From sequence record DRR723986_7891: 56,198 nucleotides of DNA. The stretch is one strand, 5' to 3'. The notes below the pieces were generated by a model. The model did no database searches. It saw only the letters and a list, made by a program, of their open reading frames with translations, and had not been told where the DNA came from. Position numbers and translations under genes: made by a program. The number at the start of each line of letters is the position of its first letter. Position 1 is the first letter of the stretch. Positions 22,975 to 33,752 of this stretch are shown here, piece after piece.

Positions 22975-24480
22975 CTAGATAAACAGCATTACGCAGAGCA
23001 GACCGACACTGCCCAGCACCATGGTGTAGGGCAGGGCCATGTACACCATCCGGCCATAGGACAGGCGAATCAGCGGGGCCAGCGCCGAGGTCAACAGGAA
23101 CAGGAAAGCCGCCTGGCCATTCGGGGTCGCCACACTCGGCAGGTTGGTACCGGTGTTGATTGCCACCGCAAGGTGGTCGAACTCTTCCCGGGTTATGGTG
23201 CCGGCATCCAGCGCCGCTTTGACTTCATTGATGTAGACCGTGGCCACGAACACATTGTCGCTGATCATCGACAGCACGCCGTTGGCGATAAAGAACATTG
23301 ATGGACGGATGTTCGCATCCATTGCCAGTACCGCCGTGATAACCGGGGTAAACAGGTGCTGGTCGTGGATAACGGCGACGATCGCGAAGAACACCACCAG
23401 CAGCGCGGTGAACGGCAGGGCCTCCTCGAAGGCGTGGCCGATCTGGTGCTCCTCGACCACACCGTTGAAAGCGGTTAGCAGGACGATCACCAGCAGGCCG
23501 ATGAGGCCCACTGCCGCCCAGTGCATGGCGAGGGCAACGACCAGGATCAGGGCAACAATCGCCTGTACTGCCAGGCGTGCCGAGGTGCGCGCATTGCGCT
23601 TGGCTTCTTCCCGGCTCTGGAAGTCAGTGAGCACCCGGCGTACGTTCGACGGTAGCTTGGCACCGTAACCAAACTTGCCGGTGACCTCGAGCAAGACGCA
23701 GGTGAGAAGGCCAAAGGCAAGTACCGGCATGGTGACGGGGGCCATGACGAGGAAAAACTTCAGGAAGGTCCAGTCCGCCACCGTGGCGATCAACAGGTTT
23801 TGCGGTTCTCCGACCAGGGTACAGACCCCGCCCAGCGCCGTACCGACTGCGCCGTGCATCAGCAGGCTGCGGAGAAAGGCCCTGAACTGCTCCAGGTCTT
23901 CGCGGTGATGCTCATGGATCGCATTGTCATCGGATTGATCGTGGTCATCCTGGTCGATTCCCTTGCCGGAAGCCACTTTGTGATAGACCGAATAGAAGCC
24001 GACACCGACACTGATCAGCACGGCAGTAACGGTCAGGGCATCGAGGAACGCGGACAGGAAGGCCGCGGCAAGGCAAAATAGCAGTGACAGCAGGGTCTTG
24101 GACTGGATCTTGAGAAGAATCCAGGTGAAAACGAATAGCAGCAGTTCCTTCATGAAATAGATGCCGGCCACCATGAACATCAGCAGCAGGATCACTTCGA
24201 AATTTGCCAGAGTCTCCTGGAACACCATTTCGGGTGACGTCATTCCCAGCAACACGGCTTCGATGGCAAGCAGGCCGCCGGGTTGGAGCGGGTAGCAACG
24301 CAGAGCCAGGGCGAGCGTGAAGATAAACTCCCCGATCAGGATCCAGCCAGTCACGAAGGGACCGAGGACGAAAAGAAAAACCGGGTTCAGCAGCAGAAAC
24401 GCCACAATGGTTTTCTTGTACCAGTCAGGCGACGGTCCAAGGAAGTTGTGCCAGACAGCATGGCCGAGGGATTCGTTCAT
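22975..24480 (-). CDS. nhaB: Na+/H+ antiporter NhaB
   Basis: [27 protein letters not shown] and [25 protein letters not shown]. Confidence 0.95.
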   Translation of the reverse strand: MNESLGHAVWHNFLGPSPDWYKKTIVAFLLLNPVFLFVLGPFVTGWILIGEFIFTLALALRCYPLQPGGLLAIEAVLLGMTSPEMVFQETLANFEVILLLMFMVAGIYFMKELLLFVFTWILLKIQSKTLLSLLFCLAAAFLSAFLDALTVTAVLISVGVGFYSVYHKVASGKGIDQDDHDQSDDNAIHEHHREDLEQFRAFLRSLLMHGAVGTALGGVCTLVGEPQNLLIATVADWTFLKFFLVMAPVTMPVLAFGLLTCVLLEVTGKFGYGAKLPSNVRRVLTDFQSREEAKRNARTSARLAVQAIVALILVVALAMHWAAVGLIGLLVIVLLTAFNGVVEEHQIGHAFEEALPFTALLVVFFAIVAVIHDQHLFTPVITAVLAMDANIRPSMFFIANGVLSMISDNVFVATVYINEVKAALDAGTITREEFDHLAVAINTGTNLPSVATPNGQAAFLFLLTSALAPLIRLSYGRMVYMALPYTMVLGSVGLLCVMLFI

Positions 24481-24591
24481 AGCGACTTCGTCTTTCAGGA
24501 GCGTGTCAAAGAGCCCGGCATTCTACGTGATTACCAGTGTCAATCGCACAGCTTGCCGGAAAAAATTATAGCTGGTATTGCTGGCTGTTCC

Positions 24592-24620
24592 TTGCCCGCA
24601 ACTCAGCCGCCACCTAAACT
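24592..24620 (+). promoter_or_regulatory. Putative sigma70 promoter for nudC
   Basis: TTGCCC-17 bp-TAAACT. Confidence 0.4.
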
Positions 24621-24654
24621 AGCCCGTTGGTATCTTACCCGCGGTCTTAAACCC

Positions 24655-25470
24655 ATGTTTCAGCCAGATAACAACACTCCGGGGTCCAGAGAGAACTCAC
24701 TGCACCTGGTCTTCCAGGCGGGCGAGCTGGTCAGTGATATGCGTGCATCGGATCCGGTACTACTGCCCGCTGAGCAACTGACCAGCGGTGGGTGGATCGT
24801 CGTCCGGGAGCAGTTCCTGGGCTATTGGCACAACCAGCCCTGCTTCGCCGTGGAAATCGACGAGCTGGTCGAGCTGGACCCGCTGCGCTTCCAGCGCGGC
24901 AGCCTCTACCAGATTCTCGGTCGGGTAGAAGAGCCGCTGTTTGCTCTGGCCGGTCGCGCTGCACAGCTGCTGGCCTGGGAGCGGGAGCACCAGTTCTGTG
25001 GCCAGTGCGGGGCGAAGATGGCGCTTGATCTCGCCGAGCGGGCCATGCGTTGCGCACCGTGCCGCACGGTTAACTATCCCCGTATTGCGCCCTGCATTAT
25101 TGTTCTGGTGACCCGAGGTGAAGAACTGTTGCTGGCGCGCAATGCCAATTTCCCGCGTTCCATGTACAGCACCCTCGCCGGGTTTATCGAGGCGGGTGAG
25201 TCCGTTGAGGAAACCCTGGTGCGAGAGGTGCGGGAAGAGGTCGGTGTGAATGTGGAAGAGCTGCGCTATTTCGGCTCCCAGTCATGGCCGTTCCCCAACC
25301 AGCTGATGCTAGGGTTTTTCGCCCGCTATGCCGGCGGTGAGATTGTTTGTGATACCACGGAGATTGCTGATGCGCAGTGGTTTCACTATTCAGCGCTGCC
25401 CCAGGTACCCCCGGCCAGCTCGATATCGGGACAACTGATCCGATCCTACATACAGTCACTGACGCAGTAA
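24655..25470 (+). CDS. nudC: NAD(+)/NADH diphosphatase NudC
   Basis: FCGQCG..CAPC zinc finger, Nudix box AGFIEAGESVEETLVREVREEVG, and SQSWPFP. Confidence 0.93.
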   Translation: MFQPDNNTPGSRENSLHLVFQAGELVSDMRASDPVLLPAEQLTSGGWIVVREQFLGYWHNQPCFAVEIDELVELDPLRFQRGSLYQILGRVEEPLFALAGRAAQLLAWEREHQFCGQCGAKMALDLAERAMRCAPCRTVNYPRIAPCIIVLVTRGEELLLARNANFPRSMYSTLAGFIEAGESVEETLVREVREEVGVNVEELRYFGSQSWPFPNQLMLGFFARYAGGEIVCDTTEIADAQWFHYSALPQVPPASSISGQLIRSYIQSLTQ

Positions 25471-25487
25471 GCGAAGGAGCTTATCAC

Positions 25488-26543
25488 TTGGAATTCCTGC
25501 ACGAGTTCGGCCTGTTCCTGGCCCAGGCCCTGACCCTGGTAGCCGCCATCCTGATTCTGGTAGCCGGCATGGTAGCTATCGGCCAGCGCCAGCGTGCAGA
25601 GCACCAGGAAGGGCATATAGAAATCCGCGACCTGAACGAGAAATACCGCCATATTGGCGACACCTTGCGCAGTGTCATCGCAGATCCCGAGGTTCACAAA
25701 GCCGAACGCAAGGCGCAGAAAAAACAGGATAAGACCAAGGCCAAGGAATCGCGGAAGAAGCGTAAGTCCGGTGACGAGGAGAGCGAGCGCAAGCGGCTGT
25801 TCGTGCTGAATTTTGATGGTGACATCAAGGCCAGTGCAACCGATAACCTGCGGGAGGAAATTTCCGCGATGCTGCCGCAGGTGCGTGACGGAGACGAAGT
25901 CCTGGTCCGGCTGGAGAGCCCCGGTGGCCTGGTGCACGGCTATGGCCTGGCCGCGAGCCAGCTCAAGCGGATCACGGATGCCGGGGTGCCACTGACCGCC
26001 GCGGTCGACAAGGTTGCCGCCAGCGGTGGTTATATGATGGCCTGCGTTGCCCCGCGGATCATCGCCGCACCGTTCGCGGTGCTCGGGTCCATTGGCGTGC
26101 TGGCGCAATTGCCCAACTTCCACCGTCTGCTGAAGAAGCACGAGATCGACTTCGAACTGTTCACCGCCGGTGAGTACAAGCGCACCTTGACCCTGTTCGG
26201 AGAGAACACGGACAAGGGGCGGGAAAAGTTTATCGAGGAACTGGAAGACACCCACGAACTGTTCAAGACCTTCGTCAAGGACAATCGCCCGGTGGTGGAT
26301 ATCGCCCAGGTGGCAACCGGTGAAGTCTGGTATGGACAGCGGGCCATTGAGCAGGGTCTGATCGACGAGCTACAAACTTCTGACGCGTTTATCCAGGATC
26401 ACCTGAAAAGCTGGGACGTGTTTGAAATCCGCTTTGTGCACAAGAAAAACTGGCAGGAAAAGCTGGGAATGGCCGCCGAGGGCGCATTGGAACGTGCGTT
26501 CCTGCGTATCTGGCAGCGTGGCCAGGGACGTCAGCAGCTGTAA
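25488..26543 (+). CDS. sohB: S49 protease SohB
   Basis: TTG start after AAGGAG; LESPGG.VHGYGLAASQL, VDKVAASGGYMMAC and TAGEYKRT. Confidence 0.94.
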   Translation: MEFLHEFGLFLAQALTLVAAILILVAGMVAIGQRQRAEHQEGHIEIRDLNEKYRHIGDTLRSVIADPEVHKAERKAQKKQDKTKAKESRKKRKSGDEESERKRLFVLNFDGDIKASATDNLREEISAMLPQVRDGDEVLVRLESPGGLVHGYGLAASQLKRITDAGVPLTAAVDKVAASGGYMMACVAPRIIAAPFAVLGSIGVLAQLPNFHRLLKKHEIDFELFTAGEYKRTLTLFGENTDKGREKFIEELEDTHELFKTFVKDNRPVVDIAQVATGEVWYGQRAIEQGLIDELQTSDAFIQDHLKSWDVFEIRFVHKKNWQEKLGMAAEGALERAFLRIWQRGQGRQQL

Positions 26544-26546
26544 GCG

Positions 26547-28826
26547 TCAGTCTGCATAGCCGCGGTAGCGGTTGAGGTCGAACAGGCCGGCAGCGCGCGG
26601 GTTCTCGGCCTTGTTCATGGCCTGGAACTTGTCACTGACCCGCCAGAACCAGGGTGAATTGCGCCGCACGGCATAGCGGGTTTCGAAACGCCGGAAGTCC
26701 TCCTGGGTTTCGAGGGCGGCAATGTCGGCCGCAAACAGCGGCACCTGTTTCTCGTGTACCTGGAAGAACTGGTTGGGAAACGCGCCGATAAAACCGCGAG
26801 CTATGGTCAGCTTATCTTCTTCCGGCAGACGCCGGTCATCTTCGTCGAACAGCTGGGCGATATTGGAATAACCGGAGTTGCGCAGCAGGGTATACGCCTC
26901 GTCTCGGCCATTGCCAATAACATTGATAAAGCTCACCTGCGGCAGAAACTGGTTGTGTGCGCCAATGTCTGCTTCCAGCGCCTGGAAGGCTTCGACCATG
27001 GGCTCACTGGCGCTGCGGCGATAATCGTAAGCACTGGCGCGCGCGCCGTGGATGAGTTCCCGCATGGTCAGCAGCAACTCCCGCTTGGGATCATCGGTGA
27101 CGTAGGTGATGTCGTTGGGTCGCTGGGCGACCTCGGTCTGCGCGAAGACATGGTTTTTAACCGACTCGCTGGCATCGCGGTACCAGAAATCGCGCAGTTC
27201 GCGGCGCTTGTCAGCGGGCATCATCAGCAGGAAATTGAATTCCCCCTCCATCCGCAGGAAATCCATGTAGAGCCGGGATTCGAGCTGGTGGGCCAGGGAG
27301 CCATACACGTCGAAGCCGGCGACCAGCAGGTAGTGAATACGCTCGAGCAGGCTGTAGCCAATTACCCAGGCCGTCTTGGGTACATCGCCAACGAAGCCCT
27401 TGACCACTGACGCGGTGTCAAAGTGGCGAAACACGGTTAGCGCCGCATTGTCGTTGACGCCGTCGCCGTCCCACAGACTCTCGATATCGAGGTTCCTGTT
27501 GTCACGGGTCAGCTGTTGCTGAAGGTACCTGGCCTTGGCTTTCTGGTACTTGTCATGGGCCCTCGCGTAGCGCCGCCAGGCCAGCAGGTCAATCGCGGTA
27601 CCAGTGCGGGCCACCGGCAGGCGGAGGTTGTCGCTCTCACGGGCGAGAAACGCCTGGTCGTGCTCGGGGTCTATCTCTCCCGGATCGGTAAACATGACCC
27701 AGAAGTGATCCTCGATCACGTTCAGCGCGACCTGTCCGCGACAGACCGGGCCCTTGATGAAATTCATGATGGTGAACTGGGCTTCCTCGAGCAGGAAGCG
27801 GTAGCGTGACTGCACGGGAATCGACTGGTAAACCCGAAACGGGTTGGCGGCGAGCTTCTGCTCATAGCCCGGCAAGGTGCCCACGTCATACTCGGGCTCG
27901 AGGAACAGCTCGCGATACCACGTCATCCTGGCCCGGTCGAAGCGGTAGGGCATATGGATTTTCTCCAGCGGTGTCACGGCCATCCGCTGCAGGCGATAGT
28001 AAAACGTGCTGGTGCCCGGGTCGTCGTAGGGGCGGCGGCTTGCAATCAGGCCGAGATTCTTACCGGGCGCGGTGGTTGATCGTACCAGCCGGAACCAGGC
28101 GGGCTCCCCTGCGTCGTCGAGATAGAGGTTGGCGAGGAACAGGTGTTCATAAATGTAGCGCGCCATGAGCCGGGATTTGTTATCGGAGGCATTGAGGAAC
28201 GCCTCCCACCGGCGGATGGTTTCCAGTAGTTCATCGCTCAGTGGCTCCGCCTGCCGCGGTGGTGCGCCGAGCTCCAGCCAGGACAGCATGGTTTCGTGTT
28301 CTTCGGTCTGTAGGCCCGGCAGGCCGTAAGGCATGCCGGAGAGCGGCTGCGCCTTTGCAAAGTCCTTGAACTCATCTTCCCTGGGGCACTGCTGCTCCCG
28401 ATACAGGGAAAAGTCGAAGCCCTCAGGTAGTGCGCCCGTTGGGGGCAGGGGGTTGGTCTGCTTGAGTTCCAGCATCCGGTACATGACGCCGCGATCAGGC
28501 TGGGCCTCATTGATGACAGGGAAGAAGCCTTTCTTGCGCCACTGTGCCTCGGTAAGGCCGTCATCGAACAAGCGGGTCATGTTGGCCGCGATAAGCCGCG
28601 TCGAGTCGTACACTTTATCGAGGCTGGCGCCACGCTGCAGGCCCTCGTGGGCCTCGAGCTTGAGCTGGCACGGGGCATCGTAGCAGCCGTGGCAGACCAT
28701 GCAGCGTTTTTCCAGCAGGTCATGGGCCTGCTCCGACACCTCCGCGGCAGCGGCCCCCTGGGATGCTGCGATCGCCAGCCATAGCAGCAGCCAGGTCCTG
28801 ATCCCGGCTGCCCGGCGGTCAGTCAC
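26547..28826 (-). CDS. cti: Fatty acid cis/trans isomerase (cytochrome c-type)
   Basis: Signal peptide, heme motif CMVCHGCYDAPCQLKL, FIKGPVCRGQVALNVI, LERIHYLLVAGFDV and RLYMDFLRMEGE. GTG start inferred. Confidence 0.92.
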   Translation of the reverse strand: MTDRRAAGIRTWLLLWLAIAASQGAAAAEVSEQAHDLLEKRCMVCHGCYDAPCQLKLEAHEGLQRGASLDKVYDSTRLIAANMTRLFDDGLTEAQWRKKGFFPVINEAQPDRGVMYRMLELKQTNPLPPTGALPEGFDFSLYREQQCPREDEFKDFAKAQPLSGMPYGLPGLQTEEHETMLSWLELGAPPRQAEPLSDELLETIRRWEAFLNASDNKSRLMARYIYEHLFLANLYLDDAGEPAWFRLVRSTTAPGKNLGLIASRRPYDDPGTSTFYYRLQRMAVTPLEKIHMPYRFDRARMTWYRELFLEPEYDVGTLPGYEQKLAANPFRVYQSIPVQSRYRFLLEEAQFTIMNFIKGPVCRGQVALNVIEDHFWVMFTDPGEIDPEHDQAFLARESDNLRLPVARTGTAIDLLAWRRYARAHDKYQKAKARYLQQQLTRDNRNLDIESLWDGDGVNDNAALTVFRHFDTASVVKGFVGDVPKTAWVIGYSLLERIHYLLVAGFDVYGSLAHQLESRLYMDFLRMEGEFNFLLMMPADKRRELRDFWYRDASESVKNHVFAQTEVAQRPNDITYVTDDPKRELLLTMRELIHGARASAYDYRRSASEPMVEAFQALEADIGAHNQFLPQVSFINVIGNGRDEAYTLLRNSGYSNIAQLFDEDDRRLPEEDKLTIARGFIGAFPNQFFQVHEKQVPLFAADIAALETQEDFRRFETRYAVRRNSPWFWRVSDKFQAMNKAENPRAAGLFDLNRYRGYAD

Positions 28827-29103
28827 GCGCCTCGTCCTTCTCCGTTGCCGGGCTCTTTTCCTCGCCCTTAGCCTCGTCAGCAGTGGTGGATTTTTTATCG
28901 CAGGCACCGCGCATGATGATTGCCCGATTGACCAGGGCCTCCTGGTCGCCGGTCTCATCGCCAAGTACCGCTGCGCTGATATCTGTCTGGGCATCGGCAC
29001 AGGGGTCTGCGGGCTCCTCGAGGGTCAGCCAGTAGAGGAGGGCGGCAAGGCCAACCACAAAGGCAAAAATGAGTGCGTTAAGCCAGCCGAACTTGCGAAT
29101 CAT
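28819..29103 (-). CDS. Hypothetical small membrane-anchored protein
   Basis: N-terminal TM helix, two Cys and a charged tail; its stop overlaps the cti start region. Confidence 0.65.
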   Translation of the reverse strand: MIRKFGWLNALIFAFVVGLAALLYWLTLEEPADPCADAQTDISAAVLGDETGDQEALVNRAIIMRGACDKKSTTADEAKGEEKSPATEKDEARD

Positions 29104-29175
29104 GGCGGTGACATCATCGGGGCAGTGAATGAGGGACTATGATGGCACAAGCACCGGCTGCTCGCGATGCCGGGC

Positions 29176-30909
29176 TCAGGGAATATAAGGCTCGATATCA
29201 TCAGGCTTCAGCGCCTGTACAGCCTGGTAGTGGGTCAGGAATACCTGTCCGCTGAGCTCGGCGAGAAAATCGGAGCGCTGCAGCGCGTCCATCACCGGCC
29301 CCTTGACCTCGCTGAGGTGCAGCTTGATCTTTCTGGCCTCGAGCCGATGATTTATCGCCTCGAGAACTTCCAGGGCACTCAGGTCGATTTCATTGACGGC
29401 GGTGCACTGGAGGATGACGTGCTCGAGTTCCTCGCGCCCGCTGGTCAGCGTATCGATCACCGTCTCCAGGTAACTGGCATTGGCAAAATACAGGCTTTCG
29501 TCGATGCGCAGCGACACCAGGTTGTGGTGGGTCACCACGTTGTGTCGGTCGACATTGCGGAAGTGCTGGGTGCCCGGCACCGCGCCGACAACGGCCACAT
29601 GAGGCTGACTGGTTTTGTGCAGGTGCAGGGAAATGGAAGCCAGGATGCCGCTGAGTACACCCAGTTCAACACCGGCGAGCAGGGTAATGGCGATCGTCAC
29701 CGCCACGGCGATGAAATCCGAACGCGAGAATCGCCAGGCCACCCGCAGTATATGAAGATCGATGAGTGAGGTTACAGCGACGATAATCGTGGCAGCGAGC
29801 GTGGCCTTGGGCAGGTAATACAGCGCCGGGGTCAACAGCATGGCGGCGAGGGCGATGCCGAATGCGGCCAGGATACTCGCGACCTGGGTCGCGGCGCCCG
29901 CGTCGAAGTTCACCACCGAGCGGGAAAAGCCGCCGGTCACCGGGAAGCCGCCGGATACCGCGGCGCCGAGGTTGGCTGCACCGAGGGCGATCAGCTCGCG
30001 GTTCGGATCAATGCGCTGTTGCCGTTTAGCCGCCAGGGTCCTGCCCACCGAGACCGACTCCACGAAGCCGATAATCGAGATCAGTAATGCCGGGACAGCA
30101 AGTTTGCTCCACAGGTCCAGGCCCAGGTTGGGCAGGCTGAATGCGGGCAAGCCACTGGGCACCGTACCTACCAGCGCGACTCCGCGCTGCTCAAGTCCGA
30201 ACCACATGCTGGCACTGGCGGTAAGGATAATCGCCAGTACGGGTCCCGCCCGGGCCAGCATCTGCGCGCTCTGCTCACTGAGGCCCATCGCCTGCAGCAG
30301 TGGTGCCAGCGCTGAGCGCGACAACAGCAGCACTGCCAGTGCGGCGATACCCACCAGCAGGGTGGCGGGGTTGGTATCGCCTACGCTGCTCAGGAATCCC
30401 GCGCCCAGCGAGAGGAGCGTTTCCCCGTGCATGCTGATACCCAGCAAATGGCTCAGCTGGGACAGCGCGATCAGGATTCCCGAGGCAGTAATAAAACCCG
30501 AGACCACGGGGTGGGAGAGAAAATTCGCCAGGAAACCAAAGCGCAAGCTCCCCAGGATGACCAGCATCGCCCCCGATAGCAGCGCCATGGCGACGGCGGC
30601 GGTTGCGTAATCCGCCGTGCCGCTCTGGGCCACCGAGCCGACCGCCGTGGCGGTCATCAGTGAGATCACCGCGACCGGCCCTACCGACAGGGTACGACTG
30701 GTGCCCAGCAGGGCATAGGCGAGCAGCGGAACGATACTCGCGTACAGGCCCATCTCTGCCGGAAGTCCTGCCAGCAGCGCGTAGGCGAGCGACTGCGGGA
30801 TCAGCATCACGGTGACGATTACCGCCGCGAGCAGGTCGCTTGAGAAATGCACCCGGTTATAGCCGGCCAGTGAATCCAGCAGTGGCAGCAGGCGCGTGAG
30901 CACCGGCAT
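29176..30909 (-). CDS. sulP: SulP family anion permease with STAS domain
   Basis: IPQSLAYALLAGLP, SVGPVAV, GGFSRS.VN and RIDESLYFAN. Confidence 0.92.
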   Translation of the reverse strand: MPVLTRLLPLLDSLAGYNRVHFSSDLLAAVIVTVMLIPQSLAYALLAGLPAEMGLYASIVPLLAYALLGTSRTLSVGPVAVISLMTATAVGSVAQSGTADYATAAVAMALLSGAMLVILGSLRFGFLANFLSHPVVSGFITASGILIALSQLSHLLGISMHGETLLSLGAGFLSSVGDTNPATLLVGIAALAVLLLSRSALAPLLQAMGLSEQSAQMLARAGPVLAIILTASASMWFGLEQRGVALVGTVPSGLPAFSLPNLGLDLWSKLAVPALLISIIGFVESVSVGRTLAAKRQQRIDPNRELIALGAANLGAAVSGGFPVTGGFSRSVVNFDAGAATQVASILAAFGIALAAMLLTPALYYLPKATLAATIIVAVTSLIDLHILRVAWRFSRSDFIAVAVTIAITLLAGVELGVLSGILASISLHLHKTSQPHVAVVGAVPGTQHFRNVDRHNVVTHHNLVSLRIDESLYFANASYLETVIDTLTSGREELEHVILQCTAVNEIDLSALEVLEAINHRLEARKIKLHLSEVKGPVMDALQRSDFLAELSGQVFLTHYQAVQALKPDDIEPYIP

Positions 30910-32597
30910 CACGCGCTTTGCTGGTGTTTCTTGCTCTGTTCCGGGTCCACCATCCATTCCTTGCCCTTAAGCATCGCTTTCCAATATACCGGCGGCAGGA
31001 TTCTCTCCTTCAGGATCCACGCCAGCCGCGACGGCTGCTGACCATTGATAAGCCAGCGCGGGAAACTGGGCAACAGTTTACCGCCGTAACCGAATTCGGC
31101 CAGCACGATCTTGCCGCGCTCCACGGTCAGGGGGCAGGAGCCATAGCCATTGTAATGCGCCACGCCATTGATCCGGCCCGCATCCTGGAGCACGTTATTG
31201 GCCACGATCGGTGCCTGCATGCGGGCGGCAGCTGCGGTTTTCGCGTTGGGTGCGTTCATCGCATCTCCCAGCCCCCAGATATTGGCAAATCGCTTGTGGC
31301 GCAGGGTGTTCTGGTCGACATCAACCCAGCCCGCCTCATCCGCAAGTGGGCTCTCGCGGACAAAGTCAGGGGCCACCTGTGGCGGGCAGACATGAATCAT
31401 GTCGAACTCGCTTTCGATCTCCACGGTGCTGCCATCCGCGCTGCGGGCTTCGAACCAGGCTTTGCGAGCCGGGCCGTCGATCCGTACCAGCTTGTGACCA
31501 AAATTCAGCGTTGCATCGTAGGCCTCGATATATTTCATCAAGGCCGGGACGTAATCCTTGACGCCGAACAATACCTCGCCAGCGTTAAAGAACTGGACGT
31601 CAATGTCACCGAGCACCTTCTCCCGCTGCCAGTGATCGCAGGAGAGATAGAGCGCCTTCTGGGGAGCACCGGCGCACTTGATTGGCATTGGTGGCTGGGT
31701 AAACACTGCACGCCCGCCGCGCAAGCCGCGAACCAGTTGCCAGGTGTAGGGTGCGAGGTCGAAGCGGTAGTTGGAGGTAACCCCGTTGTGCCCGAGGGTC
31801 TCCACCAGCCCGTCAACGCCGTGCCAGTCGAGCTTGATGCCCGGGGCGACGATCAGGCGGTCGTAATATATGGGGCGTGTATCCTCCAGCAGGATACGGT
31901 TATTTTCTGGCTCGAAGTTACCCACGGCGGCCTTGATCCAGTCCGCCCCGTCGGGAATCAGTGAGGCCATGGTCTGCACCGTCTCCCGCTGCTTGAAGAC
32001 CCCGGCACCGACGAGAGTCCAGCCCGGCTGGTAGTAGTGCACTTCCGCCGGGTCGATGATCGCGATGCTGAGATCGCCGGCCCTGGCCAGCAGGCTGGAC
32101 GCGGCGGCGATACCCGCAGCGCCGCCGCCGACGATAACGATATCGTAATGCGGGGTGCCGCGGCCGGGAGCCGGCGTCGCGGAGCTGCCAGCCAGTGCGT
32201 CGCGCAGATCAAAGCCGTGCGCCCGGGCGATGTTCAGGATCTCCGAGTCGGGAACTCCCAGCCTGCGCTGGTACAGCGACCACAGGGTCAAGGAGCGGGT
32301 ACCTGTTCGGCAATAGGCGTGCACCGGTGCCGGCAGGCGCTCGATATGCGCCATGAACTGGTCGACATCATCCGTGGTCAGCTTGCCTGAGACCACCGGT
32401 TGATAGGCCAGCTGCATACCCAGGCGCTCAGCGGCGAGCTCAATCTCGGAAACATTGGGCTGGTCCACCGCCTCGCCATCCGGGCGATTACAGATGATGG
32501 AGCGGATGCCAGCCCCGGCAAGCCCTTCAAGATCAGCCTCGCTCAACTGGGTGGAGACCGAGAATTCGTCGGTGATATGGATGCGCTGGTTGCTCAT
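30909..32597 (-). CDS. sqr: DUF442 (TIGR01244-like) sulfurtransferase fused to sulfide:quinone oxidoreductase
   Basis: N-terminal CNRPDGE...HAYCRTGTRS; then VGGGAAG, HYYQPGWTLVG, KCAGAPQK and YNGYGSCPL. Confidence 0.9.
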   Translation of the reverse strand: MSNQRIHITDEFSVSTQLSEADLEGLAGAGIRSIICNRPDGEAVDQPNVSEIELAAERLGMQLAYQPVVSGKLTTDDVDQFMAHIERLPAPVHAYCRTGTRSLTLWSLYQRRLGVPDSEILNIARAHGFDLRDALAGSSATPAPGRGTPHYDIVIVGGGAAGIAAASSLLARAGDLSIAIIDPAEVHYYQPGWTLVGAGVFKQRETVQTMASLIPDGADWIKAAVGNFEPENNRILLEDTRPIYYDRLIVAPGIKLDWHGVDGLVETLGHNGVTSNYRFDLAPYTWQLVRGLRGGRAVFTQPPMPIKCAGAPQKALYLSCDHWQREKVLGDIDVQFFNAGEVLFGVKDYVPALMKYIEAYDATLNFGHKLVRIDGPARKAWFEARSADGSTVEIESEFDMIHVCPPQVAPDFVRESPLADEAGWVDVDQNTLRHKRFANIWGLGDAMNAPNAKTAAAARMQAPIVANNVLQDAGRINGVAHYNGYGSCPLTVERGKIVLAEFGYGGKLLPSFPRWLINGQQPSRLAWILKERILPPVYWKAMLKGKEWMVDPEQSKKHQQSA

Positions 32598-33532
32598 TTC
32601 TCGGCCTCCGCCTGCAGTTGGGTAATGTCCGGGCCGCCGAATACATTCAGTGGCAGTTTCAGGAAGAACCGTTGACCACTGTCCGCAGGAGGCACGTGGC
32701 CGGCCCGCATGTTTATCTGCAGGGAGGGCAGGATCAGATTGGGCATACCGAGGGTGACGTCGCGCTTCTCCCGCAGGCTCACAAACGCATCCTCAGATAC
32801 CCCGGTGTGTACGTGGATATTACTCTCACGCTGTGCGCCTATCGTGGTTTCGAACTCCAGTTCACGTCCGTTCGGCAGATAGTCGTGGCAAACAAAGACG
32901 CGCATCTCCGCAGGGAGGGTCAGAAGCCGTTGGATGGAGCGGAACAGCAAGCGGGCATCGCCGCCGGGGAAGTCGGCGCGTGCGGTGCCGCCGTCCGGCA
33001 TAAACAGGGTGTCGCCGACAAACACGGCATCGCCCAGGACAAAGCTCATGCAGGCCGGGGTGTGTCCTGGCGTGTGCAGCGCGTAGCCCTCGAGGCCGCC
33101 GATAGTGATGCTGTCCTGGTCGGAAAGCAGTACGTCGAACTGCGAGCCGTCACGCGCAAAACCGGGGCCGGCGGCGAAAATGTCGCCGAAGGTTTCCTGC
33201 ACGGTGGAGATAGCCCGGCCAATGGCGATTTTGCCGCCGAGCCGTTGCTGGATGTAGGGTGCTGCGGACAGGTGATCCGCATGCACATGCGTTTCGAGAA
33301 TCCACTCGAGATCCAGGCCATTGTCTTCGATGAACGCAATAATGGCGTCCGCGCCCTCAAAACTGATCGTACCTGAGGGATAGTCGAGGTTCATGACCGA
33401 GTCGACCACGGCGCAGGACTTGCTGTCCGGGTCCCGGACCACATAGGAAAGCGTGTTGGTTGGCTCGTCGAAGAACGGGGTTACCGCGGCCCGCTGCGCC
33501 TGCTGCGCAGTTCTCTGGGTGGTGGCTGTCAT
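32594..33532 (-). CDS. pdo: Persulfide dioxygenase (metallo-beta-lactamase fold, Blh/ETHE1-like)
   Basis: ETHVHADHLS, TPGHTPAC, GDTLFMPDGGTARADFPGG and CHDY. Confidence 0.9.
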   Translation of the reverse strand: MTATTQRTAQQAQRAAVTPFFDEPTNTLSYVVRDPDSKSCAVVDSVMNLDYPSGTISFEGADAIIAFIEDNGLDLEWILETHVHADHLSAAPYIQQRLGGKIAIGRAISTVQETFGDIFAAGPGFARDGSQFDVLLSDQDSITIGGLEGYALHTPGHTPACMSFVLGDAVFVGDTLFMPDGGTARADFPGGDARLLFRSIQRLLTLPAEMRVFVCHDYLPNGRELEFETTIGAQRESNIHVHTGVSEDAFVSLREKRDVTLGMPNLILPSLQINMRAGHVPPADSGQRFFLKLPLNVFGGPDITQLQAEAEK

Positions 33533-33592
33533 ATCTCTCTCCCTGTCGAAAATGGCTTCCGGTATGGGTGGCTACCGGTGTGCAAGCTAGTT

Positions 33593-33608
33593 AGCAAGCG
33601 GCGTGCCA
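33593..33608 (-). promoter_or_regulatory. sigma54 (-24/-12) promoter of pdo-sqr-sulP
   Basis: The minus strand reads TGGCACG-ccgc-TTGCT, an exact match to the consensus. Confidence 0.9.
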
Positions 33609-33716
33609 GCAATGGATTTGTTTGAAAGTACTCTGCTAACTTACTGTATTTATTAGAAAAGCTCTGTCTTGCAGGGGCGCTGGCTCGGGGGGATGGTGGC
33701 GGCGCAGACCGATATG

Positions 33717-33752
33717 TGTCATATTTGGCGGATCGAATTGCCAAATATGTCA
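33717..33752. promoter_or_regulatory. Paired upstream activator sequences for the sigma54 activator
   Basis: TGTCA-tatt-TGGCG and TGCCA-aata-TGTCA; CATATTTGGC/GCCAAATATG form a perfect inverted repeat, 110-145 bp upstream of the -24. Confidence 0.7.

Noticed and set aside
24520-24543. TTGACA and TAGAAT on the minus strand before nhaB
   Set aside because: The spacer is only 12 bp, so the two cannot form one sigma70 promoter.
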